DNA of 32,000 nucleotides. It comes from Akkermansia muciniphila ATCC BAA-835. GTDB lineage: Bacteria > Verrucomicrobiota > Verrucomicrobiia > Verrucomicrobiales > Akkermansiaceae. This document shows positions 10,589 to 19,182 of the stretch, one piece after another (the first letter of the stretch is position 1; each line of letters opens with the position of its first letter). The stretch spans positions 1,680,001-1,712,000 of the forward strand of contig NC_010655.1 in NCBI RefSeq assembly GCF_000020225.1, in the 5' to 3' direction. The translations under genes were made by a program, and so were the position numbers. Under the pieces are notes generated by a model. That model searched no databases, was not told where the DNA came from, and saw nothing but the letters and a program-made list of their open reading frames with translations.

Positions 10589-12796
10589 ATGAGTGCCCAG
10601 GATCAGCAGAACAGTGATCGCATCGTACGCAATATTGACTATTTGCAAGTTTTAAAAAATCGCTGGAAGGAAGTCTTTCTTGTTTTCCTTCTGGTGCTGG
10701 TCATTTCCGTGGTAGTGACTTTCTTGATGCCGCCCTCCTACCGGGCGACCAGCCAGTTTCAGATTAAACTGCCCAAGCCTGTGATGGATATAGGCAGGGG
10801 GGGGGACGTGGTTGCCACTTCCAACGTGACGGCCAACTACATTCCCATGCAGTATTCCGTGCTGACTTCCGCCGAAGTGCTTAAAGTGGTATCCAGAAAA
10901 CTGAACCTTGCCGCGGAATGGGGGATGACGGATGAAATGGCGGCGACTAATCTGGCCGGCATGATTAAGGTGGCCCCTGTGCGTGCCACGGACCTTGTGG
11001 ATGTCATTGTTTCCGGTCCGGACCCCAAACTGGTGCAGAATATTGCCAAGGCGGTGCCTGAGGCGTACAAGCAGGACCGTGAAATGCGCGAAAACCGTCT
11101 GGTGGAAACCGCCATCAAGAGCCTGAAGGATGTCCTCCGGGAACAGGAGGATGCCGTCAATGAAAAAATGATGGCTCTCAAAAAGCTGATTGCGGAGAGC
11201 TCCTACCTGCCTACGTCCTGGAGAAACGGTGAACACCGCAGCACCCTGACGGCCGGTATGGAAGAAGAGGAATTCCGGAATGCCAAAGCGCAGGCCATGG
11301 ATTTTGAAAGGAGGGAAAAGGAACTGGCTTCCTATGTGCAGGAATTGCAGCGTCTGCCCGACGACAAGTTGCTGGATTACGTGATCAGTTCCGACCTGCT
11401 GAATGCGGAGACTGTAGGGGCGGACGCTCTCCGTAAGACCTATGCTGAATTTTCCGACAAGCTCAAGGAAAAGGAAAATCTGAAATCCCAGAATATCGGC
11501 GCCAGGCATCCCAAAATGCTGGCGCTGCTGGAAACGGAAAGGATTCTGGGGGATAAGCTGAACAAGGAATTGATAGGCCTGCGTTCTTCCCTGAAGAGCA
11601 AGCTGGAAATGGTTGCCGCAAGCCGGAAGCACTGGGAGGCGACCGTTGCCCAAAAGGAAGAGGATCTTCAGAAGCACGTCCTGCAGGTTCCCATGTATGA
11701 ACAGGCCAGCCGTGATTATGACGCTGCGCTGGACCAGCTTAAGGAACTGGATTCCCGGTACAAAGATGAGATTGCCCGTTTGCGCGTACCCCGTGAGGCA
11801 ATTGAAATGTATCAGCTGCCGACCTATCCTGCTGCGCCCTACAAGCCGAATGTGACCATTAACCTGGCGGTGGGAGCGGGTGCCGGTCTGTTGCTGGGTA
11901 TCGGATTGGCCTTGCTTCTGGAATTCATGGATACCTCCGTGAAGACCATGGAAGATGTGGAACGGGCTCTTCAGGTTCCCGTCTTGGGCATTATTCCCAA
12001 GAATGTGCCTATTCTGCATTCTTCCGATGTCATGGGGCCGGATGCGGAAGCCTACCGCATTTTGCGGACGAACATAGAATTCAATAAGAAAGGGCTGGAA
12101 GAAATTTCCCTGACCTTTGTTTCCGGGAGCGCCGGGGAAGGGAAGACCACCACCCTGTGCAATCTGGCCTATATTTGTGCCCAGGGGGGTTATGCCACCC
12201 TGATGATTGACGCCGACCTGCGCCGTTCCAAGCTTCACCGGTATTATGAGCTGGATAATGAGGTAGGGCTGACTTCCTACCTGCTGGAAGATTATCCTCT
12301 GGAGGAAGTCATTTTTCAGACGCCCATTGAAAACCTGTACGTCATGCCTGCGGGACCCACTCCCTTTGACCCTTCGGGCGCCTTGAATTCCCGCAAGTTT
12401 AATGAATTGCTGCAGGAAGTGAAGCAACGTTTTGACATTGTGCTGGTGGATTCCCCTCCCATCCTGGGGGTCAGTGACTCCGCCGTCATTGTAAGCGAGG
12501 TGGACATGACTCTTATGGTTGTCCAGCCCCGCAAGCTGCCGCTGAAAGCCCTGTTGAGGCAGAAGCAGGTAATCGAGTCCGTGGGCGGCAACCTGGCCGG
12601 CGTGGTGATGAATAATGTGGACATTACGTCCGATCACCAATATCAGTATTACACAACTTACTATTCCTATTATTCTGCGGATGGCGCTTCCTCCGGAGAG
12701 AACGCGGATGCCTCTTCCATGAAGAAGGTGGAACGTTCTGGAAAGGCCAAGGAGCTGGCAGCCACCCAGTCCCATGATAGTGAAGATTTGTATTAA
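10589..12796 (+). CDS. Polysaccharide co-polymerase / tyrosine autokinase (Wzc/GumC-type PCP-2a: Wzz domain + coiled coil + BY-kinase)
   Basis: 735 aa. The N-terminal TM helix is followed by a Wzz-like chain-length-determinant region and a long coiled-coil periplasmic segment. A second TM (LAVGAGAGLLLGIGLALLLEF) follows. The kinase carries Walker A GSAGEGKTT, Walker A' LMIDADLRR and Walker B VLVDSPP. The C-terminal Tyr cluster is YQYYTTYYSYYS. Confidence 0.9.
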   Translation: MSAQDQQNSDRIVRNIDYLQVLKNRWKEVFLVFLLVLVISVVVTFLMPPSYRATSQFQIKLPKPVMDIGRGGDVVATSNVTANYIPMQYSVLTSAEVLKVVSRKLNLAAEWGMTDEMAATNLAGMIKVAPVRATDLVDVIVSGPDPKLVQNIAKAVPEAYKQDREMRENRLVETAIKSLKDVLREQEDAVNEKMMALKKLIAESSYLPTSWRNGEHRSTLTAGMEEEEFRNAKAQAMDFERREKELASYVQELQRLPDDKLLDYVISSDLLNAETVGADALRKTYAEFSDKLKEKENLKSQNIGARHPKMLALLETERILGDKLNKELIGLRSSLKSKLEMVAASRKHWEATVAQKEEDLQKHVLQVPMYEQASRDYDAALDQLKELDSRYKDEIARLRVPREAIEMYQLPTYPAAPYKPNVTINLAVGAGAGLLLGIGLALLLEFMDTSVKTMEDVERALQVPVLGIIPKNVPILHSSDVMGPDAEAYRILRTNIEFNKKGLEEISLTFVSGSAGEGKTTTLCNLAYICAQGGYATLMIDADLRRSKLHRYYELDNEVGLTSYLLEDYPLEEVIFQTPIENLYVMPAGPTPFDPSGALNSRKFNELLQEVKQRFDIVLVDSPPILGVSDSAVIVSEVDMTLMVVQPRKLPLKALLRQKQVIESVGGNLAGVVMNNVDITSDHQYQYYTTYYSYYSADGASSGENADASSMKKVERSGKAKELAATQSHDSEDLY

Positions 12797-12807
12797 CCCA
12801 TTGCTCC

Positions 12808-13413
12808 ATGAAAAAATATATTTGTTCCATCCTTTGTCTTATGCTGGGCCCGGCGGGGCTGGGCTCCGCCCAGTCTCCGGATGCCGTGCCGCCCCAGGGC
12901 ACCATTGAAATCCAGGTGCGCGGCATTCCCGCCGACGACGCTACCGCTATTTCCGGGCAGTATCTGTTGGACGGGAACGGAACGATACGCATGCCCCAGC
13001 TCCCTCCGGGGCAGGATGTGCTGCGCGTGGTAGGCAAAACGGCCCGCCAGATTGAAGACATGCTGATGGCCGCCTACAAGAAGGCGGAGCTGTACACGGC
13101 CCCTACGTTTTTGGTGAAGGTGCAGAGTTCGGATGCGCGGCTGACGGAACACATCGTTCTGGTAAGCGGCGGTGTGGCTATGAAGAAGAATGTTTTGTGG
13201 CGGCGCGGCATGACGCTTCTGGAGGCGATTGTGGGCGCCGGCGACATCACGGACTGGGGATCCCGCTACGTGCAGGTGACGCGCGGTGGAAAAACCGTGA
13301 CGTATGATTATTTTTCCATTAAGGACAGGGCGATTCCCATCCAGCCCAATGACCGCATTTTTGTTCCTCAGCGCGGGATTTTTGAAGGGCGCCCGGCAAA
13401 ACTTCTTCCCTGA
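12808..13413 (+). CDS. Short outer-membrane polysaccharide export (OPX, Wza-like) protein: Poly_export + one SLBB domain, no C-terminal OM helix
   Basis: 201 aa. A signal peptide is followed by a PES-like N-terminal region, then an SLBB-like segment (VLVSGGVAMKKNVLWRRGMTLLEAIVGAGDIT...IQPNDRIFVPQR). It starts 12 nt after the Wzc-like stop, so co-transcription is likely. Confidence 0.75.
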   Translation: MKKYICSILCLMLGPAGLGSAQSPDAVPPQGTIEIQVRGIPADDATAISGQYLLDGNGTIRMPQLPPGQDVLRVVGKTARQIEDMLMAAYKKAELYTAPTFLVKVQSSDARLTEHIVLVSGGVAMKKNVLWRRGMTLLEAIVGAGDITDWGSRYVQVTRGGKTVTYDYFSIKDRAIPIQPNDRIFVPQRGIFEGRPAKLLP

Positions 13414-13427
13414 GGCATTTTTCCCAT

Positions 13428-13460
13428 ACCCGGCTTTCCGCAAGGAAGCCGGGTTTTTTT
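13428..13460 (+). terminator. Rho-independent terminator after the OPX gene
   Basis: ACCCGGCTTTCC, loop GCAA, GGAAGCCGGGT (one bulged T), followed by TTTTTTT (13454-13460). Confidence 0.65.
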
Positions 13461-13999
13461 ATTGGGCCGGTTTTCATGATGGGGGAAATATCGGAAAAAA
13501 CGCGGATGGGGAAGCGGGGGGCGGAGTGAAGGGGCGTGTCGTCAGCGGTTGATGAAACCGGGAGGTCTTCTCATGCTCCCTTCTTCAGGATTCTTGCCGG
13601 AAATGGATGTTTTCGGGGAGGCCGTATGGTGGAATCGCGGAGGGAAAGAAGTTGTTTCCTGAAAGCTTGCGGCGTCGGAAAGGAACGCCTGGAAAAGAGG
13701 GAAAATTTGTTTCCAGACCCTCTTGTTTATGGGAATGGAAGGCTTGAGATCCGGAAAAGATTAAGGGGGATAAGTTTCCCGATGGGCGCGTAGGCCCTTT
13801 TCACATTATTGGCCGGCATGGTCTCCGGGCATATATTGCGGAGAAATGAGTTTAGTATGAATGTAAAAAACAGAAAAACAAAGAAAAATGTTGAACATTC
13901 TTAAACTCAATGCATTTTTGGAATCTCCAAAATATGTTAGAGTTTCGTGCGGAACGGCTGCATGAGGCTTCGTAAATCCAATGTGAAAACCCGTTAATC

Positions 14000-14533
14000 A
14001 TGATATACCGTTTTAAGAAAACATTCATCGGCGTGGGAGGGCGTGAATATATCAGCAACCCCAAATTGAGTTTCCCTGAACATGTCAAAATCCGCCGCCG
14101 CGGAACGAATCCCAGGTCCGGCCAGCCTTACACGGAGGCGGGTAGCGCATTTGTGGAGACATCCGCCGTCGCGGCACGGCTCTGCTGCAGTGCTTCCGCC
14201 GCGCGCCAGTATCTGCACCGCCACGGTGTCCGTTTCCGGGTGGTCCGCAAGGGTACGGGCCCCCTGGCCCTGTACTGGCGGCGGCTGGATGTGGAGCGGG
14301 TTCTTGCTGGAAGGGAGCCCGTGCGCCGCCGCGTGCCTCCGTGTTATATGGATATGGCCGGGGCTGTCAGCATGCTGGGAGTAGTGCGCAGCTATGTTTA
14401 CAGGCTGGTGAAAAAAGGGCTGCTGCGTGAATACAGGTGCAGGATGAAAACAGCCCGTGGACTGCGCGTGCGCTGCTTTTACCACCGGGAGGATCTGGAA
14501 CATGTCAGGCTGCACGTGCTCCAGAAAAGATGA
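14000..14533 (+). CDS. Small basic protein with two tandem excisionase/MerR-like helix-turn-helix segments (hypothetical DNA-binding protein)
   Basis: 177 aa and very Arg-rich. Two similar segments are ETSAVAARLCCSASAARQYLHRHGVRFRVV...YWRRLDVERVL and DMAGAVSMLGVVRSYVYRLVKKGLLREYRC...FYHREDLEHVRL. Both fit the HTH_17-type pattern: HTH, then a beta hairpin, then 'xx(D/E)(L/V)Exx'. Codon pattern favours the plus frame over the antisense ORF 13994..14515. Confidence 0.5.
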   Translation: MIYRFKKTFIGVGGREYISNPKLSFPEHVKIRRRGTNPRSGQPYTEAGSAFVETSAVAARLCCSASAARQYLHRHGVRFRVVRKGTGPLALYWRRLDVERVLAGREPVRRRVPPCYMDMAGAVSMLGVVRSYVYRLVKKGLLREYRCRMKTARGLRVRCFYHREDLEHVRLHVLQKR

Positions 14534-14598
14534 CGGAAGCGGTTCCGGAGGATGCGTTTTTAGCTTGCGCGCGGGCCGGATTGTGTCACGTTAAGGGT

Positions 14599-15192
14599 AT
14601 GATAGCTTTTCTGCGCGGCACGGTGGCGGAATCATATCCCCAGCGGTTGATCCTGGATGTTCATGGGGTGGGGTATGAAGTGATTGTGCCCCTGTCCACG
14701 TTTGACAGGCTGAATCCCCTTCCCGGCAGAGAGCTGACGCTGAAAACCTACCTGCATGTCCGGGAGAACATGCAGGTGCTGTACGGTTTTGCCACGGATG
14801 CGGAAAGGGATATTTTCCTGCTGCTGATTGAACGTGTTTCCGGAATCGGCCCGGCAACGGCGATTGCCATTTTGGGTTCCCTGTCCGTGGAGCAGTTCAA
14901 GCAGGCGGTTGTGGGCGGAGATGTTTCCGGCATTGCTCGGGCCAAGGGGGTGGGCAAGAAGACGGCGGAACGCATCGTCCTGGAACTGAAGGATAAAGTG
15001 GGCCTGGCCGCCACGTGGGAAGCCCAGGCCCAGGGCGCTACTTCCCAGGCCGCCGGGGACGCGGAATTGGCGCTGATTGCGCTCGGGTTCAAGCAGGTGG
15101 AATCCCGCAAGGCGATAGCCGCCCATCTGAAGGACCATCCGGATGCAGACGTGGACGAGCTCATACGCGCCGCTTTGCGTTCCATGAATTGA
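14599..15192 (+). CDS. ruvA: Holliday junction branch-migration complex subunit RuvA
   Basis: I chose the start at MIAFLRGTV, the canonical RuvA N-terminus. Other RuvA features are VHGVGYEV, HhH motifs (VSGIGPATAIAIL and AKGVGKKTAERIVLELKDK), and a C-terminal domain III. Confidence 0.9.
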   Translation: MIAFLRGTVAESYPQRLILDVHGVGYEVIVPLSTFDRLNPLPGRELTLKTYLHVRENMQVLYGFATDAERDIFLLLIERVSGIGPATAIAILGSLSVEQFKQAVVGGDVSGIARAKGVGKKTAERIVLELKDKVGLAATWEAQAQGATSQAAGDAELALIALGFKQVESRKAIAAHLKDHPDADVDELIRAALRSMN

Positions 15193-15243
15193 AGGAGCTT
15201 CCGGAGGAAGGAAGGTGTTTTTGCAAGTTTTTGATTTTCATGA

Positions 15244-15317
15244 GGGAACATGTCCGCCTGGCGGAGTGTTCCCTGTTTGCGGAAGCTGGGGGAACATACT
15301 GCCATGATGGGGGAACA
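15244..15317 (+). repeat. Three direct copies of GGGAACA plus one inverted copy, upstream of gap
   Basis: GGGAACA occurs at 15244-15250, 15290-15296 and 15311-15317; the last two are 21 bp apart. The inverted copy TGTTCCC is at 15267-15273. The first direct copy and the inverted copy form a 7-bp inverted repeat with a 16-nt spacer, right after ruvA. Confidence 0.3.
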
Positions 15318-15392
15318 ATAGTGTTGACGGCTGGTTGAAACGTTTTTAAACTTGCAGCGTCCATGGTACTTGAATAAGTCCGGGACTAGTAA

Positions 15393-16445
<1,053 letters not shown>

Positions 16446-16555
16446 GTTCTTTCGGACAACGCTTGCTCTTCAGTTGCACGACAAGTCTTGCCGTCCGCCT
16501 GTTTCAATTTTCCGGCTTTCCTGGCCGGTTTTGCCGGGCGGGCGGGGATTTATCC

Positions 16556-16583
16556 GGGAGGGCAGAAATGCCCTCCCTTTTTT
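16556..16583 (+). terminator. Rho-independent terminator between gap and pgk
   Basis: GGGAGGGCA (16556-16564), loop GAAA, TGCCCTCCC (16569-16577), TTTTTT (16578-16583). Confidence 0.8.
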
Positions 16584-16612
16584 ATTCATTGAACCAGACA
16601 ATATAAACCGAT

Positions 16613-17824
16613 ATGGCTAAACTTACTGTTCGCGACCTTGACGCCAAGGGAAAGGAAGTCCTCATGCGCGTGGATTTCAACGTCCCTCTCAAGGATGGGG
16701 AAATTACCAATGACGCCCGCATTGTGGCTGCTCTCCCCACCATCAAGTTCCTGCTGGACCAGGGCGCACGCCTCGTCCTTACCTCTCATTTGGGCCGTCC
16801 CAAAAACGAACCCGATCCCGCTTTTTCCCTGAAACCCGTTGCCGCCCGCCTTTCCGAATTGCTCGGCAAGGACGTGAAATTCGTTTCCGCCGCCATTGGC
16901 CCGGAAGCGGAAGCCGCCCGCGCCGCCATGAAGGACGGTGATGTGGTTCTGCTGGAAAATGTCCGTTTTTATCCTGGTGAAAAGAAGAACGATCCGGAGT
17001 TCGCCAAGTCCCTGCTGGGCAATGCCACGCTGTTCGTGAACGACGCATTCGGCACGGCCCACCGTGCTCACGCTTCCACGGAAGGCGTGACGCATTTTGC
17101 GGAAAAGAGCGCCATGGGCTTCCTGATTGAACGTGAACTGGAATACCTGGAAGGCAAGCTGGAAAACCCGGAAAAACCCTTTGTGGTGATTATGGGCGGC
17201 GCCAAGGTGTCCGACAAGATTGAAGTGCTTTCCAAACTGATGGAGAAAGCTGATACGTTCCTGATTGGCGGCGCCATGGCCAATACGTTTCTGGCGGCTG
17301 AAGGGTATGACCTGGGCGCTTCCAAGATTGAAGGAGACAAGCTGGATCTGGCCCGGGAAATTCTGGCGGCGGCCAAGGCCAAGGGCGTGAAATTCCTGCT
17401 TCCTGCAGATGTGCGCGTAGCCATGAAATTTGAAGACGGTGCCGAAACCTTCTGCACGGCTCCTTTCGCTGAAGGCGGCAAGGTGCCGGAAGGCGGCATG
17501 GCCATCGACATCGGCGACAAAGCCATTGAAGAGTTCTCCGCCATCATCAAGGATGCCAAGACCGTTCTGTGGAACGGCCCGATGGGCGTATTTGAAATGG
17601 ACTGCTTCGCCAAGGGAACCAAGGAAGTCGCGGAAGCCCTGGCGGATTCCACCGCCATTTCCATTGTAGGCGGCGGTGATTCCGTGACGGCAGCCAAGAA
17701 ATTCAAGGTGCAGGATAAGCTTTCCTTCTGTTCCACGGGCGGCGGCGCTTCCCTGGAACTGCTGGAAGGCAAGGTTCTTCCCGGTGTGGGGGCCTTGACC
17801 GACAAGTGCTGCTGCGGCAAGTAA
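16613..17824 (+). CDS. pgk: Phosphoglycerate kinase with a Cys-rich C-terminal extension
   Basis: 403 aa. Motifs RVDFNVPL, SHLGRPK, FGTAHRAH, GGAKVSDKI and STGGGASLELLEGK are present. An atypical tail follows: ...ALTDKCCCGK. Confidence 0.97.
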   Translation: MAKLTVRDLDAKGKEVLMRVDFNVPLKDGEITNDARIVAALPTIKFLLDQGARLVLTSHLGRPKNEPDPAFSLKPVAARLSELLGKDVKFVSAAIGPEAEAARAAMKDGDVVLLENVRFYPGEKKNDPEFAKSLLGNATLFVNDAFGTAHRAHASTEGVTHFAEKSAMGFLIERELEYLEGKLENPEKPFVVIMGGAKVSDKIEVLSKLMEKADTFLIGGAMANTFLAAEGYDLGASKIEGDKLDLAREILAAAKAKGVKFLLPADVRVAMKFEDGAETFCTAPFAEGGKVPEGGMAIDIGDKAIEEFSAIIKDAKTVLWNGPMGVFEMDCFAKGTKEVAEALADSTAISIVGGGDSVTAAKKFKVQDKLSFCSTGGGASLELLEGKVLPGVGALTDKCCCGK

Positions 17825-17881
17825 CCGTTCATGGCCGGGCGGATTGTTTTCGCCTGGCGTTCAGAATGGGCTTTTTCATTC

Positions 17882-17911
17882 CCCGCACCCGTTTTCGGGT
17901 GCGGGATTTTT
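17882..17911 (+). terminator. Rho-independent terminator after pgk
   Basis: CCCGCACCCG (17882-17891), loop TTTT, CGGGTGCGGG (17896-17905), ATTTTT (17906-17911). Confidence 0.8.
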
Positions 17912-18064
17912 GATTTGCCGGCTTCCGTTGAAAAAGCGCGGGAGTTTTGCGATTCCGGCTTTTTGAATAAGGTGGGAATCCATGCTCATGCCGTCTTTCC
18001 ATTCCGGAAAGGAAGGCAGTCTTTTTTTGGGCTTGCTCTTAATATGCTCCCCGGTAGTCTGAGC

Positions 18065-19048
18065 ATGATGAAACTGCTGCATTGTTTTCTGGCTGTCCTT
18101 TGGTGGTGTTCTCCTGTACCGGCTGCGGATATTCCCGATGCGGAGAAGGCGGAATATGGCGGGTATCCCGGGCGGTACATCCTTCTTGATTCTCCTCAAC
18201 CCGACCGGCAGAGCCTGTCCACTCCCGTAGCTGCCTATGTCCATGACAATGGGATGGAAGTAGCTCTCATTGGTGCTGTTCATGTGGCGGAACCGGAATA
18301 TTACGACCGGCTGAATAAGCTGTTCCGCAGGTACGATGTGCTGCTTTTTGAAATGATTGGCGGAGAGGGCCTCCGGCGGGAAGAGGAATTGCGCCGCAAG
18401 ATAGACCGCAGCAAGCCGCTGGGGGGGCTGACTCTGGAAGAGGCGCGGGAATGGAACCGGATAGTGGAATGGAGGAAGAAATGCGGGCAGGAGGAAAAGT
18501 CTTTTTTAATGGGGCTGCTGGGGGGCGCCTACAAGGAGTTGAGCAATATGCTGGGACTCCAGACCCAGCATCAGGGCATTGATTATTCCGCAGCCCATTT
18601 CGTCCATGCGGACATGACGCTGGATGAATTCCGCGAGGCGCAGGCCAGAAAGGGTGAAAGCATTGCCGGCCTGATGCTTAAATCCGTCTTGTCCTCCCTG
18701 GTTGAGAAAACCGGAACGAACCGGGCCGGTGAATTTGGATTGATGGCGGATTTCCTGGCCGGCAATAAAACGGGGTTGAAGAATAAGCTGATGGGCATGA
18801 TGGCCAATGCTCCTAATGGTCTGGAGAATACCGTGATTCTGGAAGGCCGGAACGCCAAGTGCATGGAAGTGTTTGACCGTTGGAGCGGCAAGGGCGTGCG
18901 CAGGATAGGCGTCTTTTACGGAGCGGCGCATCTTCCCGGCCTGCACGGCGCTCTTTTGGAACGCGGCTACCGTCTTCGGGAGGTGCGCTGGCTTCCGGCG
19001 TGGAGCACCAGGGAGCAGGGTGCGGACGGGCAGCGCGGGGAGGGTTGA
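18065..19048 (+). CDS. TraB/GumN-family-like secreted protein (putative)
   Basis: I chose the start at MMKLLHCFLAVLWWCSPVPAAD (signal peptide), because the listed ORF start at 17831 would read through the pgk terminator. The motifs VALIGAVHVAEPEYY and GVFYGAAHLPGL resemble the two conserved His-containing blocks of the TraB/PrgY/GumN family. Confidence 0.5.
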   Translation: MMKLLHCFLAVLWWCSPVPAADIPDAEKAEYGGYPGRYILLDSPQPDRQSLSTPVAAYVHDNGMEVALIGAVHVAEPEYYDRLNKLFRRYDVLLFEMIGGEGLRREEELRRKIDRSKPLGGLTLEEAREWNRIVEWRKKCGQEEKSFLMGLLGGAYKELSNMLGLQTQHQGIDYSAAHFVHADMTLDEFREAQARKGESIAGLMLKSVLSSLVEKTGTNRAGEFGLMADFLAGNKTGLKNKLMGMMANAPNGLENTVILEGRNAKCMEVFDRWSGKGVRRIGVFYGAAHLPGLHGALLERGYRLREVRWLPAWSTREQGADGQRGEG

Positions 19049-19182
19049 GTTTTGTTAATTTTTCCCCGGTTTTTCCAGGACAGGCGGTGTAGCGGCGGAT
19101 GAACATGGTTTTCCGCCGCTCCGCCTTTGAAGAGGGAAGAAGAGGGGGGGCTTTTTCCCTGCCTGGGGCAGGATGCCGTTCT

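Noticed and set aside
8546-13460. Genomic island integrated at the tRNA-Gly(UCC) 3' end (the export module begins right after the tRNA).
   Set aside because: No integrase or recombinase gene is present. I could not find a direct repeat of the tRNA 3' end (…TTCGATTCCCGTTACCCGCTCCA) downstream. I saw no obvious compositional break by eye.
13689-13723. Interleaved complementary segments CTGGAAA / AGAGGG / TTTCCAG / CCCTCT, which look like an H-type pseudoknot.
   Set aside because: The connecting loops would be 0 nt and 1 nt, which is sterically implausible for 6-7 bp stems. These are more likely two mutually exclusive weak hairpins arising by chance in purine-rich sequence.
13536-13793. An 85-aa ORF in the long intergenic gap, plus the 78-aa minus ORF 13852..14088.
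   Set aside because: Their composition is dominated by the purine bias of the DNA (G/R/E/K-rich). They have no start context like the real genes here and no recognisable motif. I treat the region as non-coding pending transcript or conservation data.
17831-18064. N-terminal 78 codons of the listed ORF 17831..19048.
   Set aside because: This extension would include the pgk Rho-independent terminator (17882-17911). A good signal peptide begins at the internal MMKLL (18065), so the extension is most likely untranslated.
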